Source: a bacterium
GTDB taxonomy: Bacteria > Zhuqueibacterota > Zhuqueibacteria > Oceanimicrobiales > Oceanimicrobiaceae
Direction: 5' to 3'
Assembly: GCA_046757165.1 (NCBI GenBank)
Contig: JBHHXT010000022.1
Location: 1 to 44,212, forward strand
DNA: 44,212 nt
Shown here: positions 1 through 8,003 of the stretch, in pieces
Position numbering within the stretch: position 1 is the first letter of the stretch
Layout of the letters: each line of letters starts with the position of its first letter
Translations under genes and position numbers: made by a program
The notes under the pieces: generated by a model
Told to the model about the DNA's origin: nothing
Databases searched by the model: none
What the model saw: only the letters and a program-made list of their open reading frames with translations

Positions 1-246
1 TGGATAGTCCCCCTTGAGAATGTTACGGTTGTAGGGGTCGTACCAGCGTCCCCGGACGTTGAGCTCGTAAGGTGGCGGCTGGATATCGCGCCAGCGGTCA
101 GGCAGGGGTTCGAAGTCCGGCGGCTGCTCGACAGTTTGTTTGGCAGAGTCCTGGCGGGTGGATATCTGCTGGGCCCGGGCAGAAGGTTGTCCCACCAGGC
201 CTGCCAGCAGAATCGACAAAAAGATGACCTGCTGCAATCGTTTCAT
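1..246 (-). CDS. Secreted, probably outer-membrane, uncharacterised protein (5' part only; runs off the window edge)
   Basis: Not in the ORF track because it is open at the edge. ATG at 246 follows a GAGGAG RBS and reads MKRLQQVIFLSILLAGLVGQPSARAQ (Sec signal, ARA-Q) ...PLPDRWRDIQPPPYELNVRGRWYDPYNRNILKGDYP, with no stop to base 1. Confidence 0.8.
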   Translation of the reverse strand, partial: MKRLQQVIFLSILLAGLVGQPSARAQQISTRQDSAKQTVEQPPDFEPLPDRWRDIQPPPYELNVRGRWYDPYNRNILKGDYP

Positions 247-289
247 ATTTTCTCCTCAGGTCTATTTGAACGCTTAAATAAGTGTCTGT

Positions 290-391
290 ATAGAACACGG
301 ATTGAACGAGTTTGACGGATTACTACGGATTCTTCTTTGAAGCCATACAAAATCCGTGTAAATCCGCTCGATCCGTCAAATCCGTGTTCTA
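290..391. repeat. Imperfect inverted repeat built from ~9-nt CGGAT-containing units
   Basis: Left arm ATAGAACACGGATTGAACGAGTTTGACGGATTACTACGGATT; the reverse complement of the right arm is ATAGAACACGGATTTGACGGATCGAGCGGATTTACACGGATT. Confidence 0.8.
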
Positions 392-1996
392 TTGTTCTAT
401 TTCCGGTCTTCGTGGAAATTTCACATAGGGCAGCCGGATGCCGTCGACGAAAAACTGGTCGCAGCGGATCTCTTGCGCCGGTTCAAAGCCGACGCCGCCG
501 GCAAACGCAATGATGTCGTCCTGGTCAACGCCGTCGCCGCTAACGCCGACACCGCCGACAAGCTCGCCGTTCTTGTAGAGCGCCACCGCTCCCGGAAAGA
601 TGGTAATGCCGTTGCCCAGTGGCGGCTGGCCGAGCCCGATTTGTGCCTGCCGCTCGAAGTCAAAGAATGGAATGGCGGAATCGATAAAAAACGGGCCGAG
701 CTGCAGCGGCCGTCCGAGCCGCTCGACATCGATACCCGGCGGGAAGAAGCGCTGGCTGACAAAGCCAAGCGCCCGGCAGGTGAACGCGATCTCCTGGTTT
801 TCAGGCAGACCGAGCGCACGGCGAACTTGTTGGCCGTAAATCGTGTTGGGGTCACTGAAGGCGACCACGGTGCGGGCTTTTTGCGCCGAGACATCGTAGC
901 TGAACAGTGTCGCGTCCCGCGTCCGCCAGATGCCGAGTATGGTGCCGTTTTTGTCGACGACGGTGACAAAAACGCGGGCCGGCGTGCCGATCGGCCGGCG
1001 AATCGCTGCCCGGGTCTTGTTGGCCTGCTCAACGGCCTGGTCGATGATCTGGCGCACCTCTTGTGCGGACAGAAAGTCGTTGCCTTTGATGGTGAAATCA
1101 AAGCCGGCCATGAGATTGACCTCGCCTTCGACCGGAAATCTGGGTTCTGGCGCTGCTCGGATTGGATAGTTGACCTCCACCTCGCCCCGGCTGGTGAGGT
1201 CCGCGAAGGTGAGGGTGAAATTGCCGGCAGGCGGCCTGGCGTTGGCAAAGAGCAGCCGAATGCCGTCCAGGAAAATGTTGTCGCCGCGCTTATCTTTCGG
1301 CACAGAGAAATCACCGGCCGCGCCGAGCGCGATTAGCTCGTCCTTCGAGCTCCCGCTGCACGTGCTCAAGAAATTGTCTGGCAAGCCGGCCAGGTCCGCG
1401 AAGGTACTGACCCCGAGCGCACCGGCGAGCAAGCCATCTTTGAAAACCGGCAGGCCGCCTGAGACGCCGGTCAACCCCGGCTCGCCATTGCCGATCCGAC
1501 CCGGGAGCACGGCGCCACCGTTTGGCTGGACGTCCCCGCCCCCAAGGCTGGAGAAGGGCACGCCGTAGAGCGGTCCACCTGCGGTGTTGTCGATCCCCGG
1601 CGGGAAGTGCGACCGCGTGATGAAACACGCCGTCAGGGAGGTGAAGCCGTGCTGGTTACTGCTCAGGTAAGCCGCGGTGCGTGCTTTCGCAATGGCGCCA
1701 AACGTCGGGTCTTCCGCACTTCCAGCGCTGCCAGTCATTCTGAAGACGCCCAGGATATTGGCCTCGCGGTCGCTCACCGCGATGACCGCCGCGGTGTTTT
1801 GCCGTTCGGCCTGTTCGACCGCCCGGGCGATGAGGGTTTGCACCTCATCGCCGGTAAGCTGCGGCCGCTCTATTGGCGTCACAAACGTGGGCGAGCCTCC
1901 GGAGTCGCAGCCTGGCATGAGCCAGATAAGTAGTCCGATACACGCCCATGAGGATAATCTGTTATCTCTGAAGGAGATTGTATGTGTACGAAACAA
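389..1996 (-). CDS. GlcG/HbpS-family (heme-binding) lipoprotein with two tandem domains
   Basis: Lipobox-like LMPG-C. Two copies of the GlcG pattern: IAVSDREANILG..AKARTAA..GGLPVFKDGLLAGALGVS and VTVVDKNGTILG..QKARTVVAF..GAVALYKNGELVGGVGVSGDGVDQD. TTG start after a GGAGG RBS. Confidence 0.8.
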   Translation of the reverse strand: MFRTHTISFRDNRLSSWACIGLLIWLMPGCDSGGSPTFVTPIERPQLTGDEVQTLIARAVEQAERQNTAAVIAVSDREANILGVFRMTGSAGSAEDPTFGAIAKARTAAYLSSNQHGFTSLTACFITRSHFPPGIDNTAGGPLYGVPFSSLGGGDVQPNGGAVLPGRIGNGEPGLTGVSGGLPVFKDGLLAGALGVSTFADLAGLPDNFLSTCSGSSKDELIALGAAGDFSVPKDKRGDNIFLDGIRLLFANARPPAGNFTLTFADLTSRGEVEVNYPIRAAPEPRFPVEGEVNLMAGFDFTIKGNDFLSAQEVRQIIDQAVEQANKTRAAIRRPIGTPARVFVTVVDKNGTILGIWRTRDATLFSYDVSAQKARTVVAFSDPNTIYGQQVRRALGLPENQEIAFTCRALGFVSQRFFPPGIDVERLGRPLQLGPFFIDSAIPFFDFERQAQIGLGQPPLGNGITIFPGAVALYKNGELVGGVGVSGDGVDQDDIIAFAGGVGFEPAQEIRCDQFFVDGIRLPYVKFPRRPEIEQ

Positions 1997-2170
1997 GTTT
2001 CCACCCTCCTTGTCAGGTTAGAAATGACGGTTCACTCAGCCACGGATTGGCACGAATTGACACGAATAACATGAGTTTTGATTCAAGCCATCATCATTGA
2101 CTTTGCGAACCCATTCTATTCGGGGGCAGCCCGTGCAACAAGCCGACAACACTGTGTTTTTTGCACAGTG

Positions 2171-2231
2171 TTTCGGTGACCTTCGGTGATCTTGAAATTT
2201 TTCCCACCGAACGGCACCGAAGTCACCGAAA
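2171..2231. repeat. Inverted repeat with ~9-nt CACCGAA units
   Basis: TTTCGGTGACCTTCGGTG ... CACCGAACGGCACCGAAGTCACCGAAA. Confidence 0.7.
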
Positions 2232-2439
2232 TACCCCGAATTGGGTTGCGGCTTTGTCGCGCCGAGTAAATGCGCGGCGATTGTTTTTGAAATAGATACG
2301 CAGTCTTGTTGTGATTCCCGCGTTCTGTTGTTTCGAATTCTGCCTCAGCCATCAGGCGATCTGAATTACTGCATCTAACCCTCTTGTGACCCGTCGAGCC
2401 CGGGAACCGTTCAGGCGAGAAATCCAGTGGGAATGTGGG

Positions 2440-2475
2440 AACATGTCATTCCGGACCAGGCCGGAATGACATGTT
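2440..2475. terminator. Perfect 15-bp stem hairpin just downstream of the TBDR (terminator or REP-like)
   Basis: AACATGTCATTCCGG-accagg-CCGGAATGACATGTT, about 20 nt past the stop at 2496. It has no long U-tract. Confidence 0.55.
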
Positions 2476-2495
2476 TGCGATTTCCGACCGGATTT

Positions 2496-5291
2496 CTAAA
2501 AGTTCAACTTCACGCCTGTGACAAACGACCGTCCATAGCGCTCAATGGATACGTCTTGTTGCTTACCCGTGACGCTGTTGTTGAGGTAAAAGCGCTCAGG
2601 CTCGTTGGTCAAGTTGCGTCCCTCGAGAAAGTAGGTCACCGAGGAAAACATCCGCTGGTTCACTGTCAGGTCAAACCGGCTATAATCCGCTTCGAATTCA
2701 TCCTCCTGACTTGTTCCACCGAGGTCCTCGAGCGATGAGCTCTTGAATTTCCAGGCGATTTGACCAGAGAATCCAATTCTCGGGTTTTCATAGTTCAGGG
2801 CGAAGTTGACCAGGTGCTTGGAGTGGCCCTGCAGGGGCCGGTCTTTTCTCTCCTGACTTTCAACGACTCTTGGATCAAAATCTAGCGTGCCATCGGAGAA
2901 GGTATAATTCGCCAGGATTCCGAACTGTTTTAAGCCGATAAAGCTCAGTTGCTTTTGAAACGCTACCTCAAAGCCTTTGATGGTGCCGTTACCCTGAGAG
3001 TTTTGTGGCTGACTCACACTTCTTATGTCTGGATCCGGGTCGGGGACCACGAACGTCTCGATCGGATTCTCAAACCGCTTATAAAAGAGTCCCCCGGAAA
3101 TCAGGCCGGCGAATCTGGCATCAAAGTGCTCAAACAAGAGGTCCACATTGATTGCTCTGACAGGATCGAGCTCAGGATTGCCAATGACCCGACGTCTTTT
3201 TCTGGTGTAATCGACCGGGATGATGTCGAAAAAACTGGGCCGGCTGATACCACGACTGACTGCGAAGCGGATATTTGAGCTTTTCGCAGGTTTATAGCGA
3301 ACATGAAGAGACGGGAAGACATCCATGTAGCTCTCTTTGCTCCTGCGCTGGGTTCGTCCACCTTGCAGGTTTCTATCGCCGGTATTGCCCGAATTGACCG
3401 GTGTCGAGAAAGTTGCATTTAATGTCTTCTCGATTCGCAGCCCGGCCAGAACGGTGAGGTTTTTTGAAAGCGAGAATTCGCCTTGACCGTATGCAGCAAG
3501 AATATCTTCTCCGAGCGCGAAGTTGTTTCTAATGTCTGTGTCTGCTCTTTTCAGGAGTTCGTCTTCGAGTTCCAGTGAGACGGGAGGGCGGAAGTCTGCG
3601 AAGACATCAGGGAATTCCCGCGTGTCGACGCCCCCGGGCAGATAGAAGGGGTCTTCGTCAAGTTCCCCGATATTAAACTTGTGCCGCCGGAAAGACCGGT
3701 CTCTGAATTTGGCCTTTAGACCTAGCTTGATGTTGCCAGGGAATGAGCCAAGCTCGAGTGGCACCAGGGTATTGAGCATCAAGATATGCTCATAATCCCG
3801 CGCATCTGTGGCGTTGAGCTCTGCTCCATCGAACCGATAGCCCGCTACGTTGTCCGGCCCGATGAGTCCACCGTCTTGTACTCGCCTGCTTGTCTGCGCG
3901 TTGAGAGTGCGCGTCGCGTCATCGAAGACCAGCTCATATTCACTTCTAAAATCTTTTGAGCGGTCGCCGCGGTTCTTGGTGAAGGTGTAATGGTAGTCTA
4001 GTTGCAGCCCATTGGCGAGGGTGTGCTCAGCCCCAACAGTGTAATTTTGGATCGTTTGCACCTCAAAACGGTCCTTGATCGCGCGATCAATCTTTGGGGA
4101 GTCGTCGAATTCCGTTTCGACCCGGTGCAGAAATTCCTGATCTGAAAAGCGGCTGAACAGCCCCCTGAAATAGAGCTTGTGCCCCACCCCCGGCTTGTAC
4201 AAAAAGCTGCCATTGATGCCAAATCTGATCCGGTTGATTTCGTATTCTTCATGACACCACTGTTCGGTGCCATCGAGCAGGGCGTCGACTCCGGCATCTT
4301 CCGGGTCGAGGTTGATGTCAAATTTGTCCGCATCGGTCTTGAGAAAGTAATCGTTATAACTGCCGGAAACCAGATAGCCAAACTTCCCTCCTGAAAAAGC
4401 ATCTCCGGTCACGACGTTGAGCTGCATGATATCCTGGCGATTGTGTTGCCGCTGGGGAACTTGCCGCTCGATCAGGCCGTAGCCCGCGGTGACATTGAAA
4501 ATTCGGCGGTCCGGGGCATCTTTCATAATCAAGTTGACACTCCCGCCGATGGCATCTCCATCCATATCCGGCGTGGTGGTCTTGGAGACCTCAATGGATT
4601 CGAGCAAGTAAGCCGGCAGGACATCCAACGCCACCGATCTGACCGTGCGTTCTGCGCTTGGGATGCGCTCGCCATTGATCCTGGTGCTGTTGTATTCTTT
4701 CCGGATGCCTCTGATGATGACGAATCGGCCTTCTCCATGGTCCCGCGTCACGCTGATCGCCGGTAGCCGTGTCAGCGTTTCGCTGGCGTTGGCGTCCGGG
4801 AAGGAGCCGATCAGGTCGGAGGCGACAACACTCTTGATGCTGAGCGCCTCGTTTTGAGCATGAAGTGCGGTGGCCTGCGATTGTGCCAAACGACCGGCTG
4901 TGACCATGACTTCGCTCATCGCGAAAGCCCCTGTCATGAGCCCGAAATCGAGCGTCAGGGTTTGATTTGCCAGCACCTTGACTTGTGGTTTTGACATCTC
5001 TTCATAGCCGATATACCGAACAGAAATGTCATAGGTGCCCGCTGGTATTCTGGGGATGAGGTAATACCCCTGGCGGTCGGTTGCGGCTCCCAGGTGTGTT
5101 CCAACCAACACGACGTTGGCGCCGGGCAGCGCCGCCCCGGTTTTTTGTTCAACAATCTTGCCCGTGATCCTACCATATTGCGATTGAGCCCAAAGGTCTG
5201 GTAATGTTGCAGAATCGCTGATGACCATCATGATGCATATCCAGGAATAAATCAGCAATCTACTTGCGGTTGAATAATTCCTCGGCATCAT
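2496..5291 (-). CDS. TonB-dependent receptor (N-terminal carboxypeptidase-regulatory-like domain, plug, barrel)
   Basis: Signal peptide; GRITGKIVEQKTGAALPGANV..GAATD..G.Y; plug IGSFPDANASETLTRLP..RG..NSTRING..IEVSK..DMDGDAIGGSVNL; GNPELDP; C-terminal YGRSFVTGVKLNF. Confidence 0.95.
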   Translation of the reverse strand: MMPRNYSTASRLLIYSWICIMMVISDSATLPDLWAQSQYGRITGKIVEQKTGAALPGANVVLVGTHLGAATDRQGYYLIPRIPAGTYDISVRYIGYEEMSKPQVKVLANQTLTLDFGLMTGAFAMSEVMVTAGRLAQSQATALHAQNEALSIKSVVASDLIGSFPDANASETLTRLPAISVTRDHGEGRFVIIRGIRKEYNSTRINGERIPSAERTVRSVALDVLPAYLLESIEVSKTTTPDMDGDAIGGSVNLIMKDAPDRRIFNVTAGYGLIERQVPQRQHNRQDIMQLNVVTGDAFSGGKFGYLVSGSYNDYFLKTDADKFDINLDPEDAGVDALLDGTEQWCHEEYEINRIRFGINGSFLYKPGVGHKLYFRGLFSRFSDQEFLHRVETEFDDSPKIDRAIKDRFEVQTIQNYTVGAEHTLANGLQLDYHYTFTKNRGDRSKDFRSEYELVFDDATRTLNAQTSRRVQDGGLIGPDNVAGYRFDGAELNATDARDYEHILMLNTLVPLELGSFPGNIKLGLKAKFRDRSFRRHKFNIGELDEDPFYLPGGVDTREFPDVFADFRPPVSLELEDELLKRADTDIRNNFALGEDILAAYGQGEFSLSKNLTVLAGLRIEKTLNATFSTPVNSGNTGDRNLQGGRTQRRSKESYMDVFPSLHVRYKPAKSSNIRFAVSRGISRPSFFDIIPVDYTRKRRRVIGNPELDPVRAINVDLLFEHFDARFAGLISGGLFYKRFENPIETFVVPDPDPDIRSVSQPQNSQGNGTIKGFEVAFQKQLSFIGLKQFGILANYTFSDGTLDFDPRVVESQERKDRPLQGHSKHLVNFALNYENPRIGFSGQIAWKFKSSSLEDLGGTSQEDEFEADYSRFDLTVNQRMFSSVTYFLEGRNLTNEPERFYLNNSVTGKQQDVSIERYGRSFVTGVKLNF

Positions 5292-5454
5292 AGTACCTCC
5301 CTCGGTTGCGTTTCATGAACAGCAATTTTCATTTAGAAGAACACTCCAGAATTTCACCGGCCTCACCTCCTTCGCTTTGGATTCTGACAGGTTCAACGCT
5401 CCTCCTCGAGTTTGTAAGAAGTTCAAGGAAAGCAATTCGGCCTGCGGGAACGAA

Positions 5455-6273
5455 TCACTGAATATCCTGGCACGTTGCTTTCCGTTGTATCCATTCTGCG
5501 CCCTTCTCCGTCACGCGAAGAAGGTCGATTGGCGGTCCGACCTCTTCGGGAACGGCCTTGACTTCAATTTCGATGAGTCTTCGAATCCCGGCCACCGGGC
5601 CGAGGTTCCAAAACTTTGGATGGTCTGCAAGGAAATCGAAAATCTCTTTGTTCCGGCCTAAGATGGCGGTCCAGGTGCCGTTGCTGTAATTCCGGCATCT
5701 GCTCGAGTCTCTCACAACCGAAATTTGGCCCTGGCCTGTGTCTCTCACCGTGAAGCCCCGTACCAGCAGAACAGGCTGGTATGCCTCAATGCCGAACAGC
5801 GCCAGTTGCACCGGTCCGGACTGGACATAATGGTCGTAGATCGGCGGAGCCGTTTGCCGAACTTTACTTAGCGTTTTTGTCAGGGGCGCAATGATCGAGT
5901 TTTCAATGCGCCGAATCTTGTCAGATGCAGGCTTTTCACTCAGGCCGGCCTGTCGTGCAATCTCATACAAATCGAAACCGATCTCTTCAATTTCAATGAT
6001 GCCGGCAGCGGCAAAAAACAGATTGCCGCATTTGACGATTTTGCAAATCGAGGTAGTGGTATCTGCTGAGACGGCAAGACCATTGTGCGCGTACCGGAAT
6101 TGCCGACCCTTGCTGTCCGCCCCGGCAAATAGTTCTTTTTCTGTTTTTCTGATGACAATGCAAGTTTGCGCAAAGACACATTCTTTGAGAACGCCCAGCA
6201 ACAGGAAGGCGATGAAGATCCTTGCCGCTGTTCGACTTCGTTCGTTTTCTCGCAGCTTCCGCAAATCAATCAT
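5455..6273 (-). CDS. Secreted Ntn-hydrolase / proteasome-beta-fold-like protein
   Basis: Likely start is the ATG at 6273 just after tonB. Hydrophobic signal IFIAFLLLGVLKECVFA, then TCIVI...LFAGADSK, KIVKCGNLFFAAAG and VGPPIDLLRVT, which match proteasome-beta/HslV/Anbu patterns. Confidence 0.6.
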   Translation of the reverse strand: MIDLRKLRENERSRTAARIFIAFLLLGVLKECVFAQTCIVIRKTEKELFAGADSKGRQFRYAHNGLAVSADTTTSICKIVKCGNLFFAAAGIIEIEEIGFDLYEIARQAGLSEKPASDKIRRIENSIIAPLTKTLSKVRQTAPPIYDHYVQSGPVQLALFGIEAYQPVLLVRGFTVRDTGQGQISVVRDSSRCRNYSNGTWTAILGRNKEIFDFLADHPKFWNLGPVAGIRRLIEIEVKAVPEEVGPPIDLLRVTEKGAEWIQRKATCQDIQ

Positions 6274-6289
6274 CCTGTAGCTTACTGGT

Positions 6290-7084
6290 CTACTGGTTGT
6301 TGACGACCAATCGAAACAAGACTGGAATGGTTGCCCAAACACGGATGGCATTCTCCCGCTGCCGGGCCGGCTTCCATCTGACTTTTTTCAGCGCTTTGAT
6401 GGCGGCATCTTCGAAGCCGAAGTTAGCGGGGTCGGCCTTGATGATGTCAACTCTCTCTGTCCTTCCGTCCACACCGACCAGGACCCGAACGTAAACAGTG
6501 CCTTCAATATCGGCTTTGATGGCCAGACCCGGATATTCTATGTTCTGCATCAAAGCCGCCATCCCACCGATGATCGCCGGGGGCTCATCATAGGGAATGA
6601 AGAGCGGAATGCCGTCGCCCTCATCAGGCGGCTCAGGGGGCGGCGGCAAATCCTCCAGATTGAGCTCGGTCGTCACGATGGTGGCATCCGCCGGAATCAT
6701 CTCGTCCTCGCTTGGAATCGGCACCGACGGTCGTGGCGGCGGGGGCGGAAGGCGAAATTGAGTTGTCGGCGGCACTTCGTCTATCACGACGATGAACTTG
6801 AAGTCGTCAACAAGCTGTGGCGTCAGACCAAAAAGTCTTGACAACTGAAAAAATAGAATCAAGAACGCCAGAATCACCGCCGCCGCCTGCTCGAGGGTTT
6901 TCCTGTACCAGGATTTGAGAGCAGCCTGCGGGCGCTTGTCTCTTATCAACCGGCTGCGGTCAACCGAACGGGAAAAGAACTCTCTGGAAATCCGGTTGAA
7001 CTCACTTTCAGGCATTTCGACCAACGACCACTCCGGGGTTTCGAAAGGAGCGAACCGATGTTTGATTCCCATGGGCATGGTCAA
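6290..7084 (-). CDS. tonB: Energy transducer TonB
   Basis: Single TM helix, Pro-rich linker (LPPPPPRPSVP, LPPPPEPP), TonB C-domain YP..A....IEGTVYV.VLV..DG....FEDAAIKALKKVRWKPARQ. Its start overlaps the cyclase stop (ATGA). Confidence 0.9.
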   Translation of the reverse strand: MTMPMGIKHRFAPFETPEWSLVEMPESEFNRISREFFSRSVDRSRLIRDKRPQAALKSWYRKTLEQAAAVILAFLILFFQLSRLFGLTPQLVDDFKFIVVIDEVPPTTQFRLPPPPPRPSVPIPSEDEMIPADATIVTTELNLEDLPPPPEPPDEGDGIPLFIPYDEPPAIIGGMAALMQNIEYPGLAIKADIEGTVYVRVLVGVDGRTERVDIIKADPANFGFEDAAIKALKKVRWKPARQRENAIRVWATIPVLFRLVVNNQ

Positions 7085-7872
7085 TCCCTGATTCCCATGA
7101 CTGCATAGGCTCGCACTGGAAAAGTACCGAAATCCCGCACCTTCACTGGAACCGCGTGGAATTCAAATCCTGAGTCGGGAAGGTTTTCGAAACCGCGCAT
7201 GTGTTCAACGATAGGGATATCTGCGTCCAATAATAGCGAGTGGGCAGGGCGCCGTTTGTCCGCCGTGTCGTCGATGTTCAAGGAGTCAATGCCCACAAGC
7301 GCAACACCTGAGGTCTTCAACCATTCGGCTGCATCCGCCGTCAAAAAGGGGTGACCTTCAAAATATTGTTGTGTGCCCCAATGCTTGGCCCAACCCGTGT
7401 GAACCAATACTGCTTTTCCACTAACATTGGTTTCAGAGAACAGCGTTGGGCCGATAGCTCGTTGCCCTGGATCGGCTCGGAAAACCAGGCCTTCTAAAGC
7501 CGCGAGGGATTCCAGCGCCAATTCCGATAAGTCCTTGCCATCAGCGTAGCGATGGAATGGCGCGTCCATATACGTGCCTGTATTGGCCACCATTTCAATC
7601 TTCCCTATTTGGAAGGTTGTTCCTTCAGCATAATGCTCCTTGGAGGCGTCACGGCTGAGAAAATCACTGATAACCGGCGCGGGAAGTCCTTTGTAGGTAA
7701 TCATGCCATCTTCTACTGTATGGCTAAGATCGACCAGTCTTTTCGTGTGTTTTTGAGTACAGCCCTGTAATAGCGGCGAGGCGACTGAAATCCCCAGGAC
7801 ACCAGATCTGGTCAGCTTAAGAAACCGTCTCCTGGATATCCCTGATTCAGGTATGGTTTTTAGTGAATCCAC
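7081..7872 (-). CDS. Cyclase-family (KynB-like) metal hydrolase with Tat lipoprotein signal
   Basis: SRRRFLK Tat motif and LLQG-C lipobox; VDLSH, NTGTYMDAPFH, GIDSLNID, AHSLLL..DIPIVEH and PVRAYA are cyclase-family motifs. Confidence 0.88.
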   Translation of the reverse strand: MDSLKTIPESGISRRRFLKLTRSGVLGISVASPLLQGCTQKHTKRLVDLSHTVEDGMITYKGLPAPVISDFLSRDASKEHYAEGTTFQIGKIEMVANTGTYMDAPFHRYADGKDLSELALESLAALEGLVFRADPGQRAIGPTLFSETNVSGKAVLVHTGWAKHWGTQQYFEGHPFLTADAAEWLKTSGVALVGIDSLNIDDTADKRRPAHSLLLDADIPIVEHMRGFENLPDSGFEFHAVPVKVRDFGTFPVRAYAVMGIRD

Positions 7873-7893
7873 GGTATTTCCTCACAAAGAGTT

Positions 7894-7919
7894 GGCGACC
7901 CACAAGGGGTCGAGGCTAC
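7894..7919 (-). repeat. GTAG-type REP-like hairpin
   Basis: The minus strand reads GTAG-CCT-CGACCC-CTTGT-GGGTCG-CC, the same CTTGTG-centred design as the pair at 10888-10950. Confidence 0.6.
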
Positions 7920-8003
7920 GAATGCCCCTCACTTGCAGGATACGCGGACGCCAGGCCAGCCTGAGGTCTGACTCTCAGACTTACCGGACACTCATGTCCG
8001 TTC

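Noticed and set aside
290..391. Possible CRISPR array or integron attC sites in the periodic intergenic repeats
   Set aside because: The units are about 9 nt and degenerate with no unique spacers. There are no cas or integrase genes and no consistent attC core sites.
392..1336. Long antisense or alternate-frame ORFs (e.g. 392-1336 +, 13829-14668 +, 28257-29306 -, 33881-34738 -, 40079-40987 -)
   Set aside because: They are shadows of well-supported genes in GC-rich DNA and contain no recognisable motifs.
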